Source: Arcobacter suis CECT 7833 (GTDB lineage: Bacteria; Campylobacterota; Campylobacteria; Campylobacterales; Arcobacteraceae). From it: 32,000 bases of DNA. The notes beneath the pieces were generated by a model. That model was given only the letters and a program-made list of their open reading frames with translations. It searched no databases and had not been told where the DNA came from. The translations under genes and the position numbers were made by a program. Each line of letters starts with the position of its first letter. The stretch's first letter is position 1. This document shows positions 17,690 to 26,301 of the stretch, in pieces. The DNA lies in the NCBI RefSeq assembly GCF_003544815.1, contig NZ_CP032100.1:2607043-2639042 (forward strand), given 5' to 3'.

Positions 17690-19306
17690 TTGAAACCATT
17701 TTCACAATATAAATTAATAGTAATAAGTGCTATATTATTTACAGTTTTTTATAACTTTTCATTTTTTAAAAACATATTAACTACTTATTCTTTTGAAGGT
17801 ATGAATATACTTTATATATCTTCTATTATGATTTTATTTACAAGCTTGCTTATATTTTTATTTACTCTTTTATCTTCAAGATATACAACAAAAGCTCTTT
17901 TAATTACTGTTTTATCTATTTCTGCATTTACAGCTTATTTTATGGATACTTACCATGTAATTATTGATGATAGTATGATTAGAAATACTTTACAAACTAA
18001 CCTTGAAGAATCAGCAGATTTGTTTAGTATTAAACTAATTATTTATACTTTTTTTCTAGCAATACTTCCTTCTTATTTGATAATAAAAACTAAAATAGTT
18101 TATAAACCATTTAAACAAGAACTTTTAGCAAAACTAAAAACCATTCTTTTTTCTTTAGCAATTATTTTAATAATATTATTTAGTTTTAGTAAATTTTATA
18201 CTTCATTTTTTAGAGAACATAAGTCATTAAGATTTCATACAAATCCAATTTATTGGATTTACAGTATAGGAAATTATGTTAATAAAACATTAAATAGTGA
18301 TATAACAAATATCCAAGTTATGGGAGTTGATGCCAAAATAGCTACTGATGAGAGTGGAAATTTAGAAAAAAAAGAATTAATTATTATGGTTGTAGGTGAA
18401 GCTGCACGAGCAAATAGATTTTCATTAAATGGTTATGAAAAAGAGACTAATCCTTTATTAAAAAAAGAAGAAATTACAAATTTTCCAAATATGTACTCTT
18501 GTGGAACTTCAACTGCTGAATCGGTTCCTTGTATGTTTTCTATATTTGGTAAAGCTGATTATGATTATAAAAAAGGAATATCAACTGAAAATATTTTAGA
18601 TGTTTTAAAACATACAAATGACATACAAATTTTATGGAGAGATAACAACTCTGATTCAAAAGGTGTTGCACTAAGAGTTGATTTTGAAGATTTTAGAACA
18701 TCAAAAACAAACACTATTTGTGATGAAGAGTGTAGAGATGAAGGAATGTTAGTTGGACTTGATAAATATATTGAAAAAAATAAAAACAAAGATATTTTAA
18801 TAGTTCTTCATCAAATGGGAAATCATGGACCTGCTTATTATAAAAGATACCCAAAAGAGTTTGAAAAATTTACTCCTGTTTGTAAATCAAATCAATTAGA
18901 AGATTGTACAAAAGAAGAAGTTAGCAATGGATATGATAATGCAATTTTATATACTGATTATTTTTTATCTAAAGTAATCAATTTCTTAAAACCTTATTCA
19001 AATAATTATGAAACGGCTATGCTTTATATGAGTGATCATGGGGAAAGTCTTGGAGAAAATGGACTTTATTTACATGGTCTTCCCTATTTTATGGCGCCAG
19101 ATGAACAAAAACATATTGGTTCACTCATGTGGTTTGGTGGAAAAGATATAAAAGAAGATATTGATATTGAAAAACTATCAACATATAAAGATGAAACTTT
19201 TTCACAAGACAATCTATTTCATACTTTGTTAGGTTTATTTGAGGTTGATACAAAAGTTTATAAAAAAGAGATGGATATTTTATACAATGCTAAAAAACCT
19301 GAATAA
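17690..19306 (+). CDS. eptA: lipid A phosphoethanolamine transferase (EptA/MCR family)
   Basis: Five N-terminal TM helices plus a sulfatase-fold domain with MVVGEAARANRFSLNGY, CGTSTAESVPCMF (catalytic Thr context), HQMGNHGPAYYKRYP, YDNAILYTDYF and MSDHGESLGENGLYLHG. TTG start with AAAAAGG upstream. Confidence 0.9.
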   Translation: MKPFSQYKLIVISAILFTVFYNFSFFKNILTTYSFEGMNILYISSIMILFTSLLIFLFTLLSSRYTTKALLITVLSISAFTAYFMDTYHVIIDDSMIRNTLQTNLEESADLFSIKLIIYTFFLAILPSYLIIKTKIVYKPFKQELLAKLKTILFSLAIILIILFSFSKFYTSFFREHKSLRFHTNPIYWIYSIGNYVNKTLNSDITNIQVMGVDAKIATDESGNLEKKELIIMVVGEAARANRFSLNGYEKETNPLLKKEEITNFPNMYSCGTSTAESVPCMFSIFGKADYDYKKGISTENILDVLKHTNDIQILWRDNNSDSKGVALRVDFEDFRTSKTNTICDEECRDEGMLVGLDKYIEKNKNKDILIVLHQMGNHGPAYYKRYPKEFEKFTPVCKSNQLEDCTKEEVSNGYDNAILYTDYFLSKVINFLKPYSNNYETAMLYMSDHGESLGENGLYLHGLPYFMAPDEQKHIGSLMWFGGKDIKEDIDIEKLSTYKDETFSQDNLFHTLLGLFEVDTKVYKKEMDILYNAKKPE

Positions 19307-19994
19307 TCATATATTAATTACAGCTTTTTTATTAATAGCTGTAATTGCTCTTTTTCAATTTAGTAATTTAGATATATTTGTTCAAAACTTTTTTTATAAC
19401 TTTGAAACAAAAAATTGGATTATAGATAAAAATGAACCTATTTTAAAATTCTTTTTTTATGATGGAATTAAAAATTTACTTATTTTATTTGCAGTAGCTA
19501 TTTTATTTTCTTTAATTTTTTTAAGAAAAAGAAAATTTGTGCAAGAATATAAAAAAGGTTTAATTATTGTTTTATTAGCAGCTATTTTTGTTCCTTCAAT
19601 TATTGGGTCATTAAAAGCTATTTCAAATACTCCATGTCCTTGTAATATTATTCATTTTAATGGAACTTATCCTGAAATTAAAGCTTTAGATTCTTATCCA
19701 AAAGATTTTGTACAAACTTCAAAAGCAAAATGTTGGCCAGCAGGTCATGCAAGTGGTGGTTTTGCACTTATGGCTTTATTTTTTTTATTTAAAACTGCTA
19801 AAAATCAAAAAAGAGCATTAATTGGTGCTTTAATAATTGCTTGGAGTATGGGAACATATAAAATGCTTTTAGGTGACCATTTTTTAAGTCATACAATTAT
19901 TACTATGTTGTTAGCTTGGCTTATTATTCTATTAATAGTAAAATTCACACAATTTAAACAAAAGGTAACCCTTGAGAAACCAACCAAAATATAA
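19287..19994 (+). CDS. PAP2 family membrane phosphatase (LpxE-like lipid phosphatase candidate)
   Basis: Multi-TM protein with PAP2-type motifs KAISNTPCP, WPAGHASGG (PSGH-like) and GDHFLSH. I prefer ATG 19287 (MLKNLNNHIL...), which overlaps the eptA end by 20 nt. Confidence 0.7.
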   Translation: MLKNLNNHILITAFLLIAVIALFQFSNLDIFVQNFFYNFETKNWIIDKNEPILKFFFYDGIKNLLILFAVAILFSLIFLRKRKFVQEYKKGLIIVLLAAIFVPSIIGSLKAISNTPCPCNIIHFNGTYPEIKALDSYPKDFVQTSKAKCWPAGHASGGFALMALFFLFKTAKNQKRALIGALIIAWSMGTYKMLLGDHFLSHTIITMLLAWLIILLIVKFTQFKQKVTLEKPTKI

Positions 19995-20331
19995 TTTTTT
20001 TAAAAATACCTCTTATGCATTAAAAGGATTAGTTGATTTAATAAAAACAGAAAAATCTTTTAAAATAGAGTTAGTTATCACTCTTATTTTATTTCCTGTG
20101 ATTATTTTTATTGATACAACTCTTACAAACAAAGCTTTAATGTTTATCACTTTAATGGGAATGTTAATAGCTGAAACTACAAATAGTGCCATTGAAAGAG
20201 TTGTTGACTTAGTAACTTTAGAACATCATGATATGGCAGGACGAGCTAAAGATGTGGGAAGTGCTATTGTTTTTTTAAGTATTTTTATTTTTGTTGTTAC
20301 TTGGACAATACTTTTAATAGATATTTTATAA
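19972..20331 (+). CDS. dgkA: diacylglycerol kinase
   Basis: 119 aa, three TM helices. ETTNSAIERVVD and GRAKDVGSA closely match E. coli DgkA (EILNSAIEAVVD, GRAKDMGSA). TTG start overlaps the PAP2 gene end by 23 nt. Confidence 0.9.
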   Translation: MRNQPKYNFFKNTSYALKGLVDLIKTEKSFKIELVITLILFPVIIFIDTTLTNKALMFITLMGMLIAETTNSAIERVVDLVTLEHHDMAGRAKDVGSAIVFLSIFIFVVTWTILLIDIL

Positions 20332-20418
20332 ACTTTGTCAAGAAATTGTAAATAAAACTCACCACAAAACTTTAAACTATTCCTTTATACTTCTTTTATA
20401 TTAGAAAAGGAGAAAAGA

Positions 20419-20829
20419 ATGAAATTTTTAATACTTGCAGCTTTAGTTTTTAATTTCGGATTTTCAGCAGTTGTTGATGATTATTTAAGCTCTTTAAAAC
20501 AAGAAGTTTTAAAAGAGAATCCTAAATTTACAGCTTTTGATGCCAAAAGAGGTGAAGAAATTTTTACCTCAAAACATATGGGTAAAAAAGGTAAAGAGAT
20601 TGCATGTACGTCTTGTCATGGAATAGATTTAAACAAATCAAGTGAAAACTTCTTTACAGGAAAAGTTATTGAACCACTTTCGCCAAAAGCAAATCCAAAA
20701 AGATTTACAGATAGAGCGGAAATCGAAAAATGGCTAAAAAGAAACTTTAATGATGTATATAATCGCGAAGGAACTGCCCTTGAAAAAGGTGATGTAGTTA
20801 CTTATATATTATCTAAGGATCAAAAATGA
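20419..20829 (+). CDS. periplasmic monoheme c-type cytochrome, DUF1924 / SHP (sphaeroides heme protein)-like
   Basis: Signal peptide and a single CTSCH heme site. PLSPKANPKRFTDRAEIEKWLKRNF resembles the DUF1924 consensus as I recall it. Confidence 0.65.
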   Translation: MKFLILAALVFNFGFSAVVDDYLSSLKQEVLKENPKFTAFDAKRGEEIFTSKHMGKKGKEIACTSCHGIDLNKSSENFFTGKVIEPLSPKANPKRFTDRAEIEKWLKRNFNDVYNREGTALEKGDVVTYILSKDQK

Positions 20830-21338
20830 AATATTTAGTTTTTTTACCTATTTTTTTAAGTTTTTTATTTGCAGATGATGGTTTTAGTACAAAAGCAGAT
20901 GTTGCACCTGTAAACAATCAGCTTTATATAAAAGAGTGTGGAAGTTGCCATTTTCCTTATCAAGCAGGATTACTTCCTGCAAATGCATGGAATAAAATGA
21001 TGGCAAATTTAGAAAATCACTTTAATAGTGATGCAAGTTTGAGTCCTGAAAATTTTCAAACTATTTCAAAATATCTAAATGATAATAGTGCTGAAAAAAA
21101 TATGCAATATAAAAGAAGTAATAGAATTGTTTCTAGTTTAAATGCAAATCAAGTTCCTGATTCAATTTCAACAGCTCCTTATATGATTAAAAAACATAGG
21201 GAAATAAGAAAAGATTTAATAACTCAACCAGAAGTAAAAGGCTTATTTAACTGTATTGCTTGTCACACAACGGCTAATAAAGGAATGTATGGAGAAAGAG
21301 ATATAAAAATCCCAAACTTTGGTAAATGGGAAGATTAA
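20826..21338 (+). CDS. diheme cytochrome c (DHC family)
   Basis: Signal peptide and two heme sites, CGSCH and CIACH. The ...YQAGLLPANAWNKMMANLENHFNSDASL block is typical of DHC. 4-nt overlap (ATGA) with the upstream gene. Confidence 0.7.
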   Translation: MKYLVFLPIFLSFLFADDGFSTKADVAPVNNQLYIKECGSCHFPYQAGLLPANAWNKMMANLENHFNSDASLSPENFQTISKYLNDNSAEKNMQYKRSNRIVSSLNANQVPDSISTAPYMIKKHREIRKDLITQPEVKGLFNCIACHTTANKGMYGERDIKIPNFGKWED

Positions 21339-21349
21339 AAGGATAAATA

Positions 21350-22153
21350 ATGCAAAAATCATATATTTGGTCATTACCCACAAGAGTTTTTCATGCTTTG
21401 TTTGTAATATTCATACTGTTGACTTTTTTGAGTGCGCAAGAAGATCAATGGTTAAATATTCACGCTGTGATTGGTTATGCTGTTTTGATTTTGGTATTGT
21501 TTAGAATATGTTGGGGATTTTTTGGACCTAAATACTCTTTATTTAAAGATTTTCCATTAGGAAAAACAAATATAAAAGATTTTTTTAATCACATTTTTGA
21601 AGAAAAGTTAAAATATGTAGGTCACAATCCACTAGCTTCTTATGTGATGATTTCTATGTTTGTTGTAGCAATTTTGGCAATAATAACAGGTGTTTTAGCC
21701 TTTGGTATTCAAGAAGGAAAAGGAATTCTTTCTTTTCTAAATAGTTCTTTTTTTAAGAAAATGGAACTTTTTGGTGAAATTCATGAATTCTTCTCAAGCC
21801 TATTTATAGCTTTAATAGTTGCTCATGTTGGTGGAGTTTTAGTTGATAGATTTTTACATAAAAAACAAGAAACTTTAAACTCTATAGTTACGGGTTATAA
21901 ACTTACAAGTGAAAATGAAAGTATAAAATTAAACATTTATCAAAAGATGTTCTCCCTTCTTATGTTTATATTTTTTATTGGATTTATTATCTTTAATATT
22001 TATAATCCAAAAAATATTTTAGTTGCTTCGAAATATGAAGCAACAGACTACAAGACACAAAATGAACTTTTTGTAAACGAGTGTGCATCGTGCCACACTC
22101 TTTATCCCTCCCAATCTAATGCCAAAAAAATCATGGGAATTAATTATGTCTGA
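21350..22153 (+). CDS. cytochrome b561-type membrane cytochrome b (Ni/Fe-hydrogenase b-type cytochrome subunit family); its 3' end enters a DHC domain and is interrupted by a frameshift
   Basis: N-terminal IWSLPTRVFHALFVIFIL and later His-containing helices (VGHNPLASY, VAHVGGVLVDRFLH) fit the four-helix cytochrome b family. The last ~25 codons contain a CASCH heme site, then run into a stop. Confidence 0.7.
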   Translation: MQKSYIWSLPTRVFHALFVIFILLTFLSAQEDQWLNIHAVIGYAVLILVLFRICWGFFGPKYSLFKDFPLGKTNIKDFFNHIFEEKLKYVGHNPLASYVMISMFVVAILAIITGVLAFGIQEGKGILSFLNSSFFKKMELFGEIHEFFSSLFIALIVAHVGGVLVDRFLHKKQETLNSIVTGYKLTSENESIKLNIYQKMFSLLMFIFFIGFIIFNIYNPKNILVASKYEATDYKTQNELFVNECASCHTLYPSQSNAKKIMGINYV

Positions 22154-22469
22154 TTTAGAAAATCATTTTGGTGATGATGCTTCTTTAGATGTTGAAACAA
22201 ATAAAAATATTTTGGCTTTTTTACTTAAAAATAGTGCAGAAACTTCTACAATGGAAGCTAGTTTCAAATTTTTACAAAGCACAAAAAATCAAGATATAAT
22301 AGCCTTGAGCAAAACAACTTTTTGGGAAAAAACCCACAAAGATATACCAAAAGAAATTTTTGATAATGAAAAAATAAAAAGCAAAGCAAACTGCAAAGCT
22401 TGTCATAGTGATATTGAAAAAGGATTAATTGAAGATGAAAATATTAAAAATCTTTCTGATTTTAAGTAG
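22083..22469 (+). CDS. diheme cytochrome c (DHC) domain remainder, probably the frameshifted C-terminus of the preceding cytochrome b gene
   Basis: PPNLMPKKSWELIMSDLENHFGDDASLDVE...NCKACH parallels LLPANAWNKMMANLENHFNSDASLSPE...NCIACH of the DHC at 20826-21338. There is no signal peptide or credible independent start, and the first heme site lies in the other frame upstream. Confidence 0.55.
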   Translation: MHRATLFIPPNLMPKKSWELIMSDLENHFGDDASLDVETNKNILAFLLKNSAETSTMEASFKFLQSTKNQDIIALSKTTFWEKTHKDIPKEIFDNEKIKSKANCKACHSDIEKGLIEDENIKNLSDFK

Positions 22470-22824
22470 TTTATATCTATTTTTAAATGCTGATGATGAC
22501 CATAAAAAATATAAACATTCATATAAAAATCTTGATTTTTTACATCTAAATCCTACTCAAATGGAAAAAATAAAAACTATTTTAATTGATTTTAAAAAAG
22601 AGTATAAAACTTTTTATGAATACAAAGAAAATCAAGAAGATTTACTTGAAGATTTGATGGAAGATAAAAATTTTGATGAAAAACAATATCTTAAAATCAT
22701 AAGTGATATAAAAATAAAAGCAGCTATTTTAGAAGTTGAAAGATTAAAAAAAATACACGCAATATTAGATGAAAAACAAAGAGAAGAATTTGCAGAATAT
22801 TTGGAGGAGTGGGAAATTGAATAA
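22429..22824 (+). CDS. periplasmic Spy/CpxP/ZraP-like helical protein
   Basis: Signal peptide MKMKILKIFLILSSLYLFLNA. Highly charged helical sequence with two LTXXQ-like motifs (LNPTQ, LDEKQ). Confidence 0.5.
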   Translation: MKMKILKIFLILSSLYLFLNADDDHKKYKHSYKNLDFLHLNPTQMEKIKTILIDFKKEYKTFYEYKENQEDLLEDLMEDKNFDEKQYLKIISDIKIKAAILEVERLKKIHAILDEKQREEFAEYLEEWEIE

Positions 22825-23482
22825 AAAAGTTTTATTAATTGAAGATGATTTACAAATGCAAAAATTTATATCTGAATATCTCAAAGATTATGGATTTGAT
22901 TGTACAGCTTTTGCTCACCCAAAAGATGCTATTGAAAATTTTAAACATGAAGAAAATTACGAAATAATAATACTTGATTTAATGCTTCCTGATATGGATG
23001 GTTTTGATTTATTTAAAAAACTAAAATCCATAAGAAATATTCCTATTATTATCTCTTCAGCACGAGGTGATATAGGAAATAAAATTCATGGTTTTGAGTT
23101 AGGAGCTGATGATTATTTAGCAAAACCCTATGAACCAAGGGAATTGGTTTTAAGAATTGAACATATCTTAAAAAAGAGTTTTAATAAAACCATTAAAATA
23201 AATGATTTTATAATAGACAAAGAAAATAGAACCGTTTTATTGGATAATTTTCCAATTGATTTTACAAAAATAGAGTTTGAAATTTTTGTTTTCTTAAGTG
23301 AAAATCTAAATAAAATCTCATCGAGAGAACAAATTCTAAATGCAACTTCATTAGATATAAATACAAAAAACAGAACCATAGATATGCATATTTCAAACAT
23401 AAGATATAAAATAGGTGACGATTCAAAAAATCCTAAATACATAAAATCTGTTTGGGGTATTGGTTATAAGTTTGTAGGTTAA
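22817..23482 (+). CDS. OmpR-family response regulator
   Basis: Receiver domain (VLLIEDD, IIILDLMLPDMDG, LAKPY) plus winged-helix output (RTIDMHISNIRYKI, VWGIGYKF). I prefer TTG 22817, 7 nt after GGAGGAG. The ATG at 22769 would overlap the upstream gene by 56 nt. Confidence 0.85.
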   Translation: MNKKVLLIEDDLQMQKFISEYLKDYGFDCTAFAHPKDAIENFKHEENYEIIILDLMLPDMDGFDLFKKLKSIRNIPIIISSARGDIGNKIHGFELGADDYLAKPYEPRELVLRIEHILKKSFNKTIKINDFIIDKENRTVLLDNFPIDFTKIEFEIFVFLSENLNKISSREQILNATSLDINTKNRTIDMHISNIRYKIGDDSKNPKYIKSVWGIGYKFVG

Positions 23483-23483
23483 A

Positions 23484-24686
23484 ATGTCAATATTCAAAAA
23501 AATCTCAATTTTATTTATTTTAAGTCTTGTTTTGATGAGTGTTATAGGTTTTTGGACTGATAACATTAATTCAAAAAGAATGAATAAATTAATTCAAGAA
23601 AAATACCTAACAATTATAGAAGATATTTTTAAAAATATTGAAAATAAATCTTACATAGAAACTATTTTTAAAAAAAACAATTTAACTCCTTTTAAAGAAT
23701 CTGGAACTTCTAGTAATGAAATAATTTATACTCAAAACTATACTTTTGGGAAAATTGAGATTTTAAAAGAGATGTTTGATGATGAATTTATTATAAAAAT
23801 AAATTATTTAGATGAAGAATATATTTTAAAAACTCCCGATGAAAAAAATCTAAATGAAAAAAACATCTTAAATTTTCTAGTTTTTCTTGATATTTTTGTA
23901 CTTTTTCTTATATTTTTATATATTTTAAATTTGCTAACTCCTTTGAAAAAAATTACTAAAGAGATTACAAATTTTGCAAATGGTGAACTTTCAAGCAGAA
24001 TAAATATAAATTCAAAGGATGAAATAGGAATCCTTGCTGATTCATTCAACAAAATGGCAACTTCTTTAGAAAACTCTATAAAAACAAGGGAAGAACTCCT
24101 AAGAGATATTGGACATGAACTAAGAACTCCCATCGCAAAAGGTAAATTTGCCATAGAAAAAATAGATGATTTTTCTCAAAAAGAGTTATTAAAAAAGATA
24201 TTTATTGACTTAGAAATATTAACAAATGAGCTAATAGAATTAGAAAAATTAAATCTTACAAAACTAAATATTACAACATTTAGTGCAGAAACTTTAATAA
24301 TTGAATCCCTAGAAAAACTATATTTAGAAGATGAATCAAAAATAGAAATAAAAATAAATGAAGATTTTAAAATAAGTGGTGATTTACACTACTTATCAAC
24401 TACACTTAAAAATCTAATTGATAATGCCCTAAAATACGCCATTTCATTTCCAATAATTATTGAAACAAATAAAAATGAAATCTCTATTTTAAACAAAGGA
24501 ACTAAACTCTCAAAAGAGTTAGAATATTATCTAAAACCCTTTACTCAAGAATTAGCTCAAAGAGATGGATTTGGATTAGGACTTAGTATTGTAAAAAAAA
24601 TCATTGATAAACATGGTTTTCAAGTTGATTATTCTTATGAAAATGAATTTAATATTTTTAGAATAAATTTTATTAATGGTAAATAA
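23484..24686 (+). CDS. sensor histidine kinase (HAMP-HisKA-HATPase)
   Basis: Two TM helices flank a ~110-aa periplasmic segment, followed by HAMP. H-box IGHELRTPIA, N-box NLIDNALKYA, G-box DGFGLGLSIVKKI. The start lies 1 nt after the regulator stop. Confidence 0.85.
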   Translation: MSIFKKISILFILSLVLMSVIGFWTDNINSKRMNKLIQEKYLTIIEDIFKNIENKSYIETIFKKNNLTPFKESGTSSNEIIYTQNYTFGKIEILKEMFDDEFIIKINYLDEEYILKTPDEKNLNEKNILNFLVFLDIFVLFLIFLYILNLLTPLKKITKEITNFANGELSSRININSKDEIGILADSFNKMATSLENSIKTREELLRDIGHELRTPIAKGKFAIEKIDDFSQKELLKKIFIDLEILTNELIELEKLNLTKLNITTFSAETLIIESLEKLYLEDESKIEIKINEDFKISGDLHYLSTTLKNLIDNALKYAISFPIIIETNKNEISILNKGTKLSKELEYYLKPFTQELAQRDGFGLGLSIVKKIIDKHGFQVDYSYENEFNIFRINFINGK

Positions 24687-24858
24687 ATTTTTACCATTTC
24701 AAAGACTTATAAGTAACTTTTAACTATGATTCCAACCTTAGATTTGTGGTACAAATAGAGACAATTACTTTTTAATCTCAACTCCGGATAGTAATACTTT
24801 TTTATAAAAGATTTATCCAAAATTTCAAACTCAAAACACAATGTTGAAAGGATTTTGC

Positions 24859-26061
24859 ATGGATTATTTCAAGCAATTTAAACAAAACTATTTAGTTAAT
24901 TTTTGGCGTCCAACACCTGCTGTTATTGCACTTGGTGTACTAGCAGCTTACTATTTTGGTATAACTGGAACCTATTGGGCAGTTACAGGAGAATTTACAA
25001 GATGGGGTGGACATATTCTACAATTCTTTGGTGTTGATATCAGCAATTGGGGATATTACAAAATTATGAAAATGGAAGGAACTTCTTTAACAAGAGTTGA
25101 TGGAGTAATGATTATTGGTATGTTTGCTGGTTGTATTGCAGCTGCATTTTGGGGAAATAATGTAAAACTTAGAATGCCTGCAAGTAATATTAGAATTATG
25201 CAAGCCTTAATTGGTGGAATAATTGCAGGATTTGGAGCAAGACTTGGAATGGGTTGTAATCTTGCAAGTTTATTTACAGGAATTCCACAATTTTCTCTTC
25301 ATGCTTGGTTTTTTACAATTGCTATGATTATTGGTGTTTATTTAGGAACAAAAGTTACAATGCTTCCTTTTTTCCAATCAAAAATCAAACTTCAAAAAGT
25401 ATCTTGTAGCAAAGAATTACAAAAAGATGAAACACAAGTAAAATCATTTTTTAAATTTGGTACATTTGTATTTATTGCCGCAATTATTTGGGCTTTATAT
25501 CTTATATTTTTTGCAAATAGTCAAAAACTAGGTATTGCGGTACTTTTTGGATGTGCTTTTGGTTTATTAATCGCAAAAGCTCAAATTTGTTTTACTTCTG
25601 CATTTAGAGATATTTTTACAACAGGAAGAAATGAACTTGCTATTGCTATTATAATTGGTATGGCTGTATCAACTCTTGGTGTTTTTAGTTACATTATGAT
25701 TGGAACTCCTGCAAAAATTATGTGGGCTGGACCAAACGCAATACTTGGTGGATTATTGTTTGGCTTTGGAATTGTTTTAGCTGGTGGTTGTGAATGTGGT
25801 TGGATGTATAGAGCAGTAGAAGGACAAGTTCATTTTTGGATAGTTGGAATTGGAAATGTAATTGGAGCAACTTTCCTTGCATTTACTTGGGATAGTTTTT
25901 CATTATCGCTTGCAACTTCTTGGCCAAAAATAAATCTTCTTGAATCATTTGGTTCTTATGGCGGATTATTTATGAACTACATCTTGTTATTTTTACTATT
26001 TTTATTAATTCTAAAACTAGAAAGAAACTACAAACAAAAACTAAAGAATAAAGGAAATTAA
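24859..26061 (+). CDS. YeeE/YedE family inner-membrane protein (thiosulfate/sulfur-compound transporter, TsuA-like)
   Basis: Polytopic membrane protein with the two conserved Cys-loop motifs GMGCNLASLF and AGGCECGWMY. I prefer ATG 24859, 7 nt after AAGGA, over ATG 24841. Confidence 0.8.
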   Translation: MDYFKQFKQNYLVNFWRPTPAVIALGVLAAYYFGITGTYWAVTGEFTRWGGHILQFFGVDISNWGYYKIMKMEGTSLTRVDGVMIIGMFAGCIAAAFWGNNVKLRMPASNIRIMQALIGGIIAGFGARLGMGCNLASLFTGIPQFSLHAWFFTIAMIIGVYLGTKVTMLPFFQSKIKLQKVSCSKELQKDETQVKSFFKFGTFVFIAAIIWALYLIFFANSQKLGIAVLFGCAFGLLIAKAQICFTSAFRDIFTTGRNELAIAIIIGMAVSTLGVFSYIMIGTPAKIMWAGPNAILGGLLFGFGIVLAGGCECGWMYRAVEGQVHFWIVGIGNVIGATFLAFTWDSFSLSLATSWPKINLLESFGSYGGLFMNYILLFLLFLLILKLERNYKQKLKNKGN

Positions 26062-26064
26062 CCT

Positions 26065-26301
26065 ATGAAAGAGAATATTACTCCTGATTATAGACTTGAT
26101 ATGCAAGGTGAACCTTGTCCTTATCCAGCTATTAAAACACTTGAAGCAATGGATAGTTTACAAAAAGGTGAAATCCTAGAGATAATCAGTGATTGTCCAC
26201 AAAGTATAAATAACATTCCAATTGATGCTAAAAATCATGGATATAAAGTCTTAAATATAGATAGTAGTGGTCCAACTATTAAATATTTAATACAAAAATA
26301 A
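26065..26301 (+). CDS. TusA-like sulfurtransferase (YeeD/TsuB-like)
   Basis: 78 aa with the GEPCPYP (CPxP) active-site motif. It lies 3 nt downstream of the YeeE-like gene. Confidence 0.8.
   Translation: MKENITPDYRLDMQGEPCPYPAIKTLEAMDSLQKGEILEIISDCPQSINNIPIDAKNHGYKVLNIDSSGPTIKYLIQK

Noticed and set aside
17690-20331. Possibility that eptA-PAP2-dgkA is a mobile mcr-type cassette
   Set aside because: There are no flanking IS or transposase genes and no inverted repeats. Base composition and codon style show no visible shift relative to neighbouring housekeeping genes (typA upstream). I treat it as intrinsic and chromosomal.
21319-21504. 61-aa ORF overlapping the end of the DHC gene and the start of the cytochrome b gene
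   Set aside because: It is out of frame with two well-supported genes. The cytochrome b start at 21350 gives the expected N-terminal (W/I)xxPxRxxH helix. The small ORF has no support.
24675-24698. Hairpin aatggtaaa / tttaccatt overlapping the histidine kinase stop codon
   Set aside because: It is a 9-bp, almost entirely A-T stem with no following T-run. It may contribute to termination, but the evidence is insufficient to list it as a feature.
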